Positions 25,826-37,932 of a stretch of 64,000 nucleotides of DNA are shown one piece after another. Within the stretch, counting starts at the first letter, position 1. Each line of letters starts with the position of its first letter. The notes under the pieces were generated by a model. That model saw only the letters and a list, made by a program, of their open reading frames with translations, was not told the origin of the DNA and ran no database searches. The stretch is taken from contig NC_047063.1 of the NCBI RefSeq assembly GCF_902459465.1, positions 10,974,001 to 11,038,000 of the forward strand, given 5' to 3'. Source of the stretch: Asterias rubens. Its lineage: Eukaryota. The position numbers were made by a program, and so were the translations under genes.

Positions 25826-26428
25826 TTAAAGAAAGAAACATTACAGAATTAGTAGGATTTAAAACTTTGCATGGTGGAAATAAGATATAGAAGAGTTTGC
25901 GGTAACAACATGTAATGACTATCTCTAAATGAGTTGGGGTGGTTCTGAAAAGAACCGTTGGTTAACTCGACGTTTCGATCAGTCTGCTCTGATCGTCTTC
26001 TGGAGAATGCTGGACTCTGATGCTGCATGCTGCTTAAGTACTGGGCGGCGGATTAGCTTGGTGATACCGCAAACTCTTCTATATATTACAGAATTAGTAT
26101 TAAAAAAATTACATGAAACTTACATGGTCCGATGATGATAGTAGAAAACATCCCTTGAAATATATTTGTCTGAAATGTCATATTTGATGAGAATTAAATA
26201 AAACTAATTTCCAGGTTGGAGTTGATCACTCAGTGAGCGTTTTATTCATTTTCTTTTTGAATCAATGTCATGCAATTTTCCCCGCTATTTTCATGTGACC
26301 TAGATGACTGATTGGTCTCAAACTTCTACAGGTTTGTCAGTTTATGCATATGATGGATTACATAAAGTGCTTCCACTGCCAGCAACGATTGTGTTAGCAA
26401 AAACCAATTCAGTAAAATGTTCCTTTAA
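25826..26428. mobile_element. Kolobok-like MITE, family B, hosting an insertion at 25855-26084
   Basis: Left end TTAAAG...AACATTACAGAATTAG, right end CCAATTCAGTAAAATGTTCCTTTAA, internal GATGATGATAGTAGAAAACATCCCTTGAAATAT shared with 57224. Confidence 0.65.
25855..26084. mobile_element. Short insertion with 15-bp flanking direct repeats, 20-bp internal inverted repeats and a hammerhead-like motif (Penelope/retrozyme-like, inferred)
   Basis: ATTACAGAATTAGTA at 25840-25854 and 26085-26099. ATATAGAAGAGTTTGCGGTA (25885-25904) has its perfect reverse complement at 26065-26084. Confidence 0.65.
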
Positions 26429-26885
26429 AACAAAAAGAATTGTGAGGGAAATTCTTGAATAAAATCTCTCACCACCTTCACTTTAAACGTTTTTTTGGAA
26501 CTGTACCACTTTCAATGCAAATATTTTCTTTAGAGAAAAGAACATGGACCGATTATTGATGCGATGACTGGTAAGGCATTATGGAATGTGTATACTGCTG
26601 TGTCCAGCATGCCACAGGCATTTGTGTACAACTTAGCCTGGATTAGTTTCAATCGTTCAACGTTACATCACCAGAGCTGCCAACTTTTCCTGATTCTGCA
26701 GAAAGTTCCCTGTAACTAAACCAATCTTTCCACGTTCTGATGAACAATTAACTTGAAAAACTCCGATTATGGAGACCTCTTCCCTATTACTTTCCCTGAT
26801 TGCAAGATGTTGGTAGCTCTGCATCACTCCTAAAGAGATACATAAGTGGCTCGGTGTTCTTCAACAATGGATCAAGATTATTTTT

Positions 26886-27046
26886 GGCCTGTGTGCTTCG
26901 TGTTTTTTGTAAGGGCAAGGGCACCAAGGCATTTGTCTCATAAGTGATAAAGGGCACCCTACATGTATGAGGAAATTTTAAACTTCTACTGGATCATTTC
27001 AAGGGCACTGAGGCAAAGCCCAGGGGGCATGGAGGCAATTGCCTTC
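26886..27046 (-). mobile_element. Family F element
   Basis: GGCCTGTGTGCTTCG...AAGGGCAAGGGCACCAAGGCATT...CAGGGGGCATGGAGGCAATTGCCTTCG. Confidence 0.8.
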
Positions 27047-27937
27047 GGAAATGGCATTTCCAAAACAGAAACAAAATTCCCAGGATTGCTTATCAACATT
27101 GGTTCTCTCTTTTCAAACTTTTCAAAGTTTGCTTTTTGAGACTTGAACTTTTTTGTTTTAAAAGCTTTAAAATTAAAAGCCTAGAGTGACTTTAAAAACA
27201 AACTGTTGAAGTTGGAAAGGGTTCATGGGGTGTAGGAATAAGAAATCCAAATAGTGCACCTCCCGCCTTTTAAGTGTTTCAAACAAGATGACAGGTAAGT
27301 ATGTCAAATCATCAATAATGGTCTCATCATGCCATCTGGGTGGGCTGATTCCAGCAGCATGTACCAGCAATTAGTCCCAGGTCTCTTAGTGTGAAAATAT
27401 TCAAGAATGCACCTAATGGGTGTCCGCTTTACGAGAAAATAATTCTATATGGAAAGGGGTGTCCAGCCGGTTTATTGCAATCGAGAAGGTTAAATAAACG
27501 CTGTCTCTCTCTGAAATGCCTTTTGTTCTGTTTTCGCAGGCGCTGCCCGATAATTCGGTGCGTATTTTTGTTTGTGATTTTAACAGGTGTAATAGGTTGT
27601 GATGGTTCGGTCTCCTCTCTTATCAAAGGTGGGAATCTGTCTTTCTTTTTTTATCAGGAGAGGTCGTTGACATCCATTGCTAGGGACAGATATAGTATTG
27701 ACTTTTAGACTAGTGGCTTTAGAAAAGACAGTGATCGGGTTGTTTTCTATGGTCGCATGTACATGATGCAGGATTGTATGCTTTGTTTTTGAACCTGGGA
27801 CAGCTTGAAGCTTGTGATTTCTTGGGTCTGGAAGAATTAATGGCAACCAAACATTGAGGGGGGTCTATGCATTTATATTTCATACAAAAAATTATTCAAG
27901 CAGTATCTGAGGAAAGACGGTTCCTTCCTGCAGGCAA

Positions 27938-28206
27938 GAGCCCAATTTCATAGCGCTGCTTAACGGTAAGCAAATTTGCGTGCTTACTGTAGCAGAAGCA
28001 TTTGCTTAAGCCTAAGCGTATTTCACAGGTTAGCAGAAAAATTGGGCGGACATATTGCAAGTTCACCGTGGATTTGCATTGTGGCGTCATTTATTTTTGT
28101 GCGGTAAGTAAGCACCGGAAGGTTAGCTTGCCTTTTTCGTGTGCTTACGGTTAGCAGCGCTATGAAATAGAAATCGCACAGTAAGCAGCGCTATGAAATT
28201 GGGCCC
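27938..28206. mobile_element. MITE, family C, with a duplicated right end
   Basis: GAGCCCAATTTCATAGCGCTGCT ... AGCAGCGCTATGAAAT twice, ending TTGGGCCC. Confidence 0.75.
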
Positions 28207-28324
28207 AGTATGCTTTGTTTTTGAAAGGGTAAGGGCACCAAGGCATTTTATCCTTGTAATTGTAAATTCAAGGGGCTCCAGGGGGCATGGGGGCAATCCA
28301 CTTTGTTGCCTTCATGAAGTACCT
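28205..28324 (-). mobile_element. Family F element abutting family C
   Basis: GTATGCTTTGTTTTTGAAAGGGTAAGGGCACCAAGGCATT...CAGGGGGCATGGGGGCAAT...GAAGTACCTG. Confidence 0.7.
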
Positions 28325-29529
28325 GTACACGTGAGAGTTTTTAAACAATTTTTATTCTGGTTTGGGGCAGGTGTGATTTTCCTACTATTTGAATATGATT
28401 TTTTTTAAATCTATTTTTGTTTGTCACATAAAAATATGTACAACCAGTATTAATCAAAAGCTGTATCCTGTATGTCAGTCCTTCATGTACTTGACAAGAT
28501 TTTATAATATTTTTCAAGTGTCAAATATCATGCCTTCCAAGTATAAGTGTGTGAGTACCTTCACTTTGTAAATGGCCATTTGTTTAGAATGAGTTTATGG
28601 AACAAAGACTTATTTGTCTTTAGTTCGTACCATAATTATGCGTTGATAAGGTTTAATTTGTACAGAGCATTACATCTTTGTACATTTTTAATTAAACCAA
28701 TTGTGTATTAAAACCAAATGTTTGATTTTTTCCCCAAATCATTTGGAGAGGAAATTTATGAAAAAGAAAAAGCAAAACAATGCAATGTGGTAGACAAATC
28801 TGAATATCTCTCAACAAACATTCAGTGTGGAAAATTCATTGTGAGCAGCTTTTTTTATATATTCCAAAACCGTGCACATTTTTCAGCATTAGTGAAATCA
28901 ACATCAATTCCAGGGCAAGCTTCTCAAGGGAGGGCGAGGCGGTGGAATACTGACAGCCGCCCTCCAGCCAGTATTGACCGGGCCTCGATTATGACTCAAC
29001 CTTTGCGGGGATTCCAAAAGGCAACTCCAAATGATTCACGCCTGATGATAAGGAATACCCAGAGTCTTTCTCTCCCCCCCGTGGGGTCCGTTTCTCTCTC
29101 GGCTTCGGCTTTGTGTTCTCCGCCCTCCGCCCCGACTTTTATCCTGAGGGGACCCGTTGCACATCTAAAGAGACATTTAACACTCCCAAAATTGTTCGGT
29201 ATCGTCATTATTATACCGGTATTACAATTGTTGGCGGTACAGGGTGATAAAATAAGAAGGAAGTGTGTGAAAGAGTAGACCAGACGCGGTGAGGACCGGT
29301 TTTTAATTTTATTACGCTAACTGTATCCCAATTGACAAGTCAAATTACTGAGGCTCCCTCAAATTAAATGAGTTGCAGTTAATTTGATTTGAAACATTTT
29401 GATGTATTTTAATGAAGACTGTGTGCCATGTCCCCAAAGAAATCATCGAGAATACACATCGGTAAAAGAAAATACATGGAACGTTAGTGTGCTGAAAACT
29501 ACTATATAATTACTACCTTAAGTTTCTAA

Positions 29530-29805
29530 CACAAAAAAACAATGTCCACAGATTTACATTAAACTTACACAGTTTGAAGATAATGATAGTAGAAAGCTTC
29601 CCTTGAAATATTATATCTAAGGTGCTGTAGGTTTTGAGAAATGAGTTAAACAATGTCACAAGGTTTTTACATGCTAAAATAATTTTTGTCTCACTGAGAC
29701 AAAAATTATTTTGTGACTGGTTTTACTCATTTCTTAAAAATTACATCACCCTGTATGTGTAATGTAAATCTGTGGACATTTTGAAATAGTACCCAAATCC
29801 TTTGA
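29530..29805. mobile_element. Palindromic Kolobok-like MITE, family B
   Basis: AATGTCCACAGATTTACATTA / TAATGTAAATCTGTGGACATT, with a central perfect 18-bp-arm palindrome at 29676-29712. Confidence 0.75.
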
Positions 29806-31339
29806 GTTTCAGATTCACCAAGCCAGCCTGTAGATAATTTACATACAAGAACCAGGCTGGACTAGTAGCCTACTTCACCTGGTATTATTTCACCCAAATT
29901 TTCTTGTTTATTTTTCACCTCTTACATACATTTATTCATTTCTTCCTCGCCTGCCCTTTCACCGAAACTCTTGTGTCAAATTTTCTACCACGGACACGTT
30001 TGGCTACTCCATTTGCGTTGTAATACACAGAATAATTACAATCAAGAGTATTCAGGTTTGCAGGGGCAACCCCCCTTCTCTCTTCATCAAGTTGTACGCG
30101 CGTCTGGCCTGACACTCGTCACTGAGATAAATTGAATGAAAAGGGAAAAATCAATAACTTTACTGAGATGTGATTGAGACGTTCCAAGATTTTGTTGCCT
30201 GGAGGTTGCAGACTTTAGGACTGAAATTTCCTGAAGCTGAGATCTGCTGTTTTGTCTCCTTTAAAAATTCTTCTTTTTATTTTGAATTATTATTTATAAA
30301 AATAAAATAAAAAATAGTTGAAGACAACTTCATTGAGGCCTCCCAGTGGAAAAACTGTCGGTGTGCTGGCAGAGATTTTGTCAAGTTTTCACATCATGGT
30401 GTGGCATTAGTGTTCATGTGCATCTCTGATTATGTTAATTTTGTACAGCTACCTCTGGGATTTCTTCTTAGGATTGCGCTCGATTACAGGACTCCTCCCC
30501 CTTCTCCCAATATCTTGACTTAAATGAAGCTGCACACTTAGAATAATTAAAGAATAATTAAGGAATATTTGGCTGATGCCTAAATAATTTTGTGACTAGC
30601 AATAATATACTCTGAATGAGAAAGCATTCAGGTACCACATAATTGGCAAAATCCTGGAATGATTTCTGCCAGAATTGATGGAATTATTTTTAAAATCTGG
30701 TGTGGTATTCCATGTTGAACAAACAGGTTTACACTTTGTAGAAAGACGGAACACCCCAAATTAGCGAAAAAAGTGAGACCTTTGCTGCTTCGTCTTGCGA
30801 AAAGGTTGAGTTCACACAAAGTACATACATTTTGTGATCAGAGTTGGTCTGCACTTAACGCCATTCTTAACTCTTTTGAACAAAAGAGCCCTAATCCGAT
30901 ATCGATACAAAGGACAAGTTCAAAGGTGCCATGTTCTGGTGAGAAAACCAACAAAGGCGCCAAAGTTGAAACAGGAATTTTCTAAGGATGCGTTTGTTGT
31001 GTATTGCCTCTCTCTCCCCACTCTGGCGTTATAATCCACCAGGGGGATGCTGAAATCCAGTTTTCCGGATGAGTAGGACCATCGGTGGACGACTGGAGCG
31101 TCAAGTTTTTGATCGGAGTAGTAGTGCGAGGGGCGCTTGTGGGAGAGTCACAAGGTTGTGTCATTGCACTGTGTCCCATGGGTACCACCCACTGTTCATC
31201 GGCATTGTCTTCTTCATGCAGAATTGGCTGCAATTGGAGCGGTTGATTATTAGAGAGTGTGTATGAACTCTTGTTAGGGGCTGGGGCAAGTTGGTGTAGA
31301 GAGGTTTGGATCACTGGAGGTTGGATGGACTTCTTGTTA

Positions 31340-31512
31340 CAGGCTTGATACTTCATGGAGGCAACAAGGGGATTGCCTCAAGGGTCAATGCCTTCGTGCC
31401 CTTAAAATGCTCCTATAGAAATTTACAATAACCTCACGTAGCCTAGTGCTCTTTACCAAGTATGAAAAGCCTTGGTGCCCTTGCCCTTTCTAAAAGGAAG
31501 CATACAGGCCTG
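31340..31512 (+). mobile_element. Family F element
   Basis: CAGGCTTGATACTTC ... GAAGCATACAGGCCTG. Confidence 0.8.
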
Positions 31513-33327
31513 TTGTTGCCCCATTTTGTTGTTTCTTCCGTAGGAATTGAGCATGTTCTAAACATGAGCAGGAAATTCTTGAGAAATAATTCTTTTTCAT
31601 ATAAGCTTCTTGTTAGTCTTTTGGCATTCTTTTATCCTTCCAGAAGAGTGGGACCCTGTTCCACAGTTTGAGCAATTGATCACAGAAAGGTGTCTGAACT
31701 TTAACCGCTGAAACACATTTTGCATGCAAAAAAAACCAACCAAATTGTGGCAGTACTGTCACAATTTTAATTACCCCAAACAAAGGTTTTCCCATTTCCA
31801 TGCGGAGTTTAACCTTACTGAATGAATGGCGGAAAACTTAACACTATATACTTTATACTTGTAACAATAAGTTGGCCAGTTTCTATCATAAATGGGATTT
31901 CTTGTCTGTTTTTTTGCCAAGATTAATGTTCAAAATGTTAATTCTCTTTTAAAACGCAGTGTCTTGCTTTCTCTTCTTTCATATGTATATTGTAACCATT
32001 CGATGTATGATTTTGTGAAACCATTATCCCCGGGATAAAAAACAAAACAAAAAACATTAACATGTCATTTCTCCAGTAACTTTTCGTTACGTCCTTCTTT
32101 GGGCATGCGGCCAAAGCGCTTAGATAACTGAAGCATACAAAGAGTCAAAGACCTCTAGTCTTTAAAAATGGCAGCACATTTCTGTACACTGCAAACTAAA
32201 TGGCTTAGCAGCTTCAGGCTATGATTTGAAAAACAAATCTCAACTCTATTTTGATTTCTTTTGTGTTAAAATATAACAACCAAAAAAACCCACATGAAAA
32301 AGCCTTTCCACTGTTACGATTCGTCATTCTCATGAATTATTCTCCATGATGTATCGCCGCAGACGTGGAGAGTGCAAAGATAACGAGTGACGATCGATAA
32401 AAAGAAAGGGAGGGAAAAAAAATCATCCATCCGCGAAACGGATGGAAGAAGACAAAACAAGTGATGGTTAATATTATTGTTCATCCCTCTCTGTCATTGC
32501 CAATTGCCCAAGGTTGAATTCACGCTTGTGTACACCCTGTCTTGTCATTTGTAGCAAAACACACACCTCTGTTGCACTCTGGACCTATGCAGCTTAAAAC
32601 GTAGCGTTGATAGAACGTGTGCCTCCTCGATGGTTGTAGTGGGGTCCTCTGCGATAACAAGGCAACCCCTCGCTTTGATCCTGCCGACCCGCTGTTTGTC
32701 TGGGCAAAATGTGTGTGTTTGCCTGATAAAGCAGTGTTCGTTCATTCAAGAATAATGGGCAGGACATTGGCATCACAAGTTGAAACATGGACTGACTTAG
32801 CGGCAGGGCGGTCGGTAGACAACGGCGGGGGAGGGCGGGCGGGCAGGCGGCTGTTTTTGTACACAACAAATCTAACAGTAGCTTTTATGCAGGGGATGTT
32901 TAGTCAGGTGCTTAACGAATGCCACCACCTGCAATTTATTATCTGCAAATATTCATCCTTTCAAGAAACGGTGTTATTTTTATAAGCATTACGCGGAACT
33001 TTGTGATCAATATTATGCTGTGATGCAGAGTTAAATTTGTTGGCTGTTTATTTGTATAAAAAAAGAGCTTGAGTTTTCTCTCATCGGTGTTCAGGCGAAA
33101 CCCTGGGTATTTTTTCAGAAATTACTGCAATGTTTTGATTTTTTTTTTATTATCAATACATTTTGGCTAATAGGTATGCTGTTTCAGCCTTTGGTGGGGA
33201 TTGGATTTTATAAACTGTTCTAGTATAGATATTACTTATATGTCTGTGGTGAGGCTTACATCATGTTTTTAGTTTGACCACAGTCAAACAACATTATAAA
33301 GAGGTTCTGCTTATAAAGAGCAAATTC

Positions 33328-33714
33328 TTAAAGACACTGGACACTATTGGTAATTGTCTAAGACCAGTCTTCTCACTTGGTGTATCTCAACATTATGCAT
33401 AAAATAACAAACCTGTGAACATTTGAGCTTGATTGGTCGGCGGAGTTGCGAGATAACTATGAAAGAAAAAACACCCTTGTCGCACGAAATTGTTTGCTTT
33501 CAGATGCTTGACTTCGAGACCTCAAATTCTAAATCTGAGGTCTCGAAATCAAAGTCGTGGAAAATTACTTCTTTCTCAAAAACCACGTCACTTCAGAGGG
33601 AGCCATTTCTCACAATGTTTTATACTATCAACCTCTCCCCATTACTCGCTACCAAATGAGGTTTTATGCTGATAATTATTTTGAGTAATTACCAATAGTG
33701 GCCACTGCCTTTAA
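33328..33714. mobile_element. Kolobok/T2-like MITE, family A
   Basis: TTAA|AGACACTGGACACTATTGGTAATT ... AATTACCAATAGTGGCCACTGCCT|TTAA. It is highly similar to the 37554, 45687 and 51534 copies. Confidence 0.88.
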
Positions 33715-35374
33715 GTCTTGAATCTCATTTTTGCTTTGTGTTTCTTTTATTTTGCTGTCCTCGGTCCTGGTATAAATAGGTAAATGTGCCAGTCCTATTC
33801 ATGTACATTCATGAGTAGTTTTGACAAGCTCCCAAAGCAAAGACTTGGCCGTGGTTCTTCAATGGATAAAGAGTCTATGTGCACATGGACGTGTACTTTT
33901 GAAAATGGGGCAATCACATTAAAACAACATTTCATTTTAAGTCCATGCATGGTTACCAGCAATTGGTTCAATAACTAAATAACATCTCTTTAGGAAAGTG
34001 TGATATATAAACAAATTCAATTGATGAAATATTGAGAATAACCAAACTCTAGAAAGAACGCTATATCTGCCCTGCCTACCTGTGTTCCTACAGGGAGTCA
34101 AACCGACTGTGACAGCAAAATTAAATGAGTTTATTGAATTTGAAGAGAGAACGGAAAAAAAGTCCGCTGAGAAAAATTGATTCGCTGGACCATCAATTGA
34201 GCAGAAGTTGGTGGGCTTAGTCATTCCTTACCATCTTGTGAAATATAACAAAAGAAATTCACCAATCAATCAGCAGTTATAGAGGCTTGTCACATCACGC
34301 TCCATTGAACTTCCCATTATTTTGCACCGCTTCCGAACCCCTGCCCCAATGGGTTTCTCTCAGCGCGACTAATGCACGCATTTGTGGATGACTCCCTCTC
34401 TCACTCCACCCCCCCCTTTCTCACCCAAACACTCTGGTTCGATGCACAGGCAAATTGGACCCCATTCAAAAAGTGCATTTTTATGCTCAAGAACTTGCTT
34501 CACTTTGCCAGAAAGATTAGTGATTGGACTTGGATGTCAATATTAAGGGTGGGGTGTGCCCCTGTCCTAGAAAAAAAGAAAGTACAGTGGCTGTTTTTTT
34601 GGTTTGAATGGTTGAGCATGATCATCGCACTGGATGTCCTTCACTCTCTATAGGCTCCGTCTGCGTTTATTTTGTCTCCTTGTGACATGGTTTTAGAATT
34701 CTGTGAAATGGTGACCGTCTTGTTTGAAAAAGGTACACTTCTGCAGTAAAGGGTTTCTTTGTGCGAATGGTTGTAGTCAGTGAAAGACTGCTGTATAGGG
34801 CCTACTGTCTTTAAGTTTTAAAACCCCATCACGTCAAAAAGCATTTTCTTGTTACGTTTGTTTTAATTTTGTGATGCTGCTACTTATATTTCATTATAAG
34901 CGAATAAATTGAAATCAAATAAAAGCTTAGATACCTGTAGCACCCCCTTCTACAAAAAAAAAAAAATCAAATTAAAAACATTTTGAATGAAATTTTCAAT
35001 ATTTGTGTCAATTATAAAGTCCACACCTCGAATCGATTCACCAATTTATCTGGCATTCCAATGCAAGGCAGCAACCTCAACTGGGAGCTTTCACTTTTTT
35101 GGGGGGCCGTAGCAGTCTCTTTAAGAGACTACAATGAGAGACTATCAAGACGACATTAGTGACTTGCGTTTTGTGGTCAAAGAAGTCAATAATACCACTG
35201 AGCTTCCAGACATGTTGACACTTTATTTTCAACTTGTTTGTGGTCGGCGTCTCTATTTTTTTTTCAAGGGGCTTAAGTTTCTTGAGACTACTGGCCCAAT
35301 TAATTTCTGGACATGGTTATTTCCCCCTTTGAGTTTTTTTCTTTCTCATTGGTGTCTGTCTTGCATTGTATTGA

Positions 35375-35622
35375 CCAGGGCACAATTTCATAAAGCTTGT
35401 AAGCTCAAAAACTTGCTGAGCACAGAAAAGTATTGCTTAACAGAAATAGGATACCAGCCAAAATGCAATTAGGTTTACATTGTTGTGACTGGTAACCCCA
35501 CTCAAATTTTGCGTTTCTCACAATGTTTTATACTATCAACAGCTCTCAATTGCTCATCACCAACTAAGTTTGTATGCAAACAACTATTTTGAGTAATCAC
35601 CAATAGTGACCACTGCCTTTAA
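35375..35622. mobile_element. Chimeric repeat: left part of family C joined to right end of family A
   Basis: CAGGGCACAATTTCATAAAGC... followed at about 35512 by CGTTTCTCACAATGTTTTATACTATCAAC...CCAATAGTGACCACTGCCTTTAA. Confidence 0.6.
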
Positions 35623-37553
35623 ACACAGTTACATTTGATCATTTGTGAATGGAATGTTTTCTCCACTAGACATATGCCCCTTTCCCAATAACCAGGATTC
35701 TAGTAAAAGAAATGCATCCATGCCCTTGTTCTAAAGTGCTGTTCACACGACATCATTGCTTAATATTAGCATGTGGTAAAATGTAGCAATGTTTGACAAG
35801 ATTCTGCAAGAAAACTTGGACAGTAGAAAAATGTGTTGTCCTTTCACACGTTGTGCATTTTGTAAAATTTTACAACCATGCTACAATTTAACAAGGGACC
35901 CTTGCTAAATTGATCTCATGTGAAAGGGGGTTTAATCATGGTATTATATACTCTCTATAGCTTGAGACCCTTGCTCTAGCATGTTTACCAAGATGTCAAG
36001 TACCCTGTTGTAGACCATAGAGAAAGGAGCAACTTTCCGGAGACAAAGGTCGTCTGGTTGAGAGAGTAACTGCTCGCAGACAGGCCTGGGGGTTGGGGGG
36101 GGGGGGGGGGTTACAGACAAAGTGGATTCTGGACAAATGTGTTTGAGATTGGATTTAGCCTTCCCTGAAATCCACTTGTTCTGTTGGCTTCTTATATGTA
36201 TATATTGCTTACATAGCGATGGCAAGCATGCTGGCTTTTTACTTTATAGTGTATTTTATTATTGAGGGAGGGGACACGTGTGACTCAGATAGGAATAGTA
36301 CACACTACCGCAGAGCAAGACACAACATTCCATTTTTAAGAGTGGACAAATTTAGTACTTGACCATCAGATTTGACAAGATGCCAGATTGTAAAAAGTTA
36401 AAACTTACTTCCGTGGGACAAGTCTATTTCTATATATAAATATATATAATGTTTTGATTACACATCCAATAAAATAGTAAAGTAACAGAAAAAACAAAAA
36501 ATAAAAATAAATGTAAAACCTATTTCCTTGGGACAAATCTAGTTCTATTTTTAAATATTTTTTATATATGATTACACATCCAACAAATAAGCGCCAGTAA
36601 AAGGTGGAGAAAAAAATATGAGAAAAAATGTAAATTTTTTTTTTTAGATGGCTTTAATATCATGTGGAAGTTTGATTGGTAATCGTGTTTTTATCAAGGA
36701 AGCAATTTCATACTTAAAAAATGTATGTGCTTAGCAGCTCTATGAAATTGGGCCCTGATCACACCACGTTGAAAGCGAACTTAACATGTAGACTTAAACC
36801 ATAACACGTGCACACTCACACTGCTTTCTATTGTTGCAATTTTTTGGCATTGCACATAGCTGCGGGACAATACAATAATAACTCGGTGCTAACTCTTGGA
36901 ATTACTCTGACGTTATCTGACGCTAATATCATTATTTCCCCGGTGCCATTATTAACCGGGTGTGCATTCTGATGCTTATCTTTGAGTTTCTGGTGTTCAG
37001 TTTCTGTTAGTGTACACGGGTCCAGACGTTAACGTCAACCAATTCTTTAGCACCCCTCCTTCACCAGGCCTTATCTCGCCACCGATCAGGTCGAGGATAA
37101 TTCACCAAAGCCAAACAAAATTACGTAGGACAGCCCTTATCGCATCATCGCTAAGCTAGGTGTTTTTTTTAGTCTTCACTGGTGACAAAATTCAATTTAT
37201 TTTCTGTACGGTAGAGCTGATGTCTAGCCGCTACCCAATATCGTATGTAATTGAAATCGCATTTTGCTCATAATTCGGAAGCGTCATCGCATTATTTCGC
37301 TCAGAAGATTGATTTATGCAACTTTAACACTGTACGGTGAATGTGTAATATTTTTTTATGTAAACCTGAAAATGTTAACTAACTGGGGTGGGACTGACAC
37401 TTTATACAGTGTACCACATGCCTAGAATTCAAATCCCTTTTTTAATAATGGCCTTTCCATCATGGAACAAAGGGGCACGCACCTTCCGGGAACAAAGGTG
37501 AACTAGGGCCAAGATAAGGGCAACCACAAAGCAAGGAGGCACTTGTGCTGGAG

Positions 37554-37932
37554 TTAAAGGCAGTGGACACTAATGGTAGTTGTCAAAGACTAGCCTTCAC
37601 AGTTGGTGTATCTCAACATATGCATAAAATAACAAACCTGTGAAAATTTTAGCACAATCGGTCATCGAACTTGCGAGATAATAATGAAAGAAAAAACCAC
37701 CCTTGTCACACGAAGTTGTGTGCGTTTAGATGGTTGATTTCAAGACCTCAAGTTCTAAATCTGCGGTCTCAAAATCAAATTCGTGGAAAATCACTTCTTT
37801 CTATGCCACTTCAGAGGGAGCCGTTTCTCACAATGTTTTATACCATCAACCTCTTCCCATTACTTGTCATCAAGAAAGATTTTATGCTAATAATTATTTT
37901 GAGTAATTACCAATAGTGTCCACTGCCTTTAA
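37554..37932. mobile_element. Kolobok/T2-like MITE, family A, flanked by a 118-bp direct duplication
   Basis: TTAA|AGGCAGTGGACAC ... GTGTCCACTGCCT|TTAA. Confidence 0.88.

Noticed and set aside
27280-27300. Perfect donor CAG|GTAAGT at 27294
   Set aside because: A stop codon lies immediately upstream in phase 0, and no supportable exon was found.
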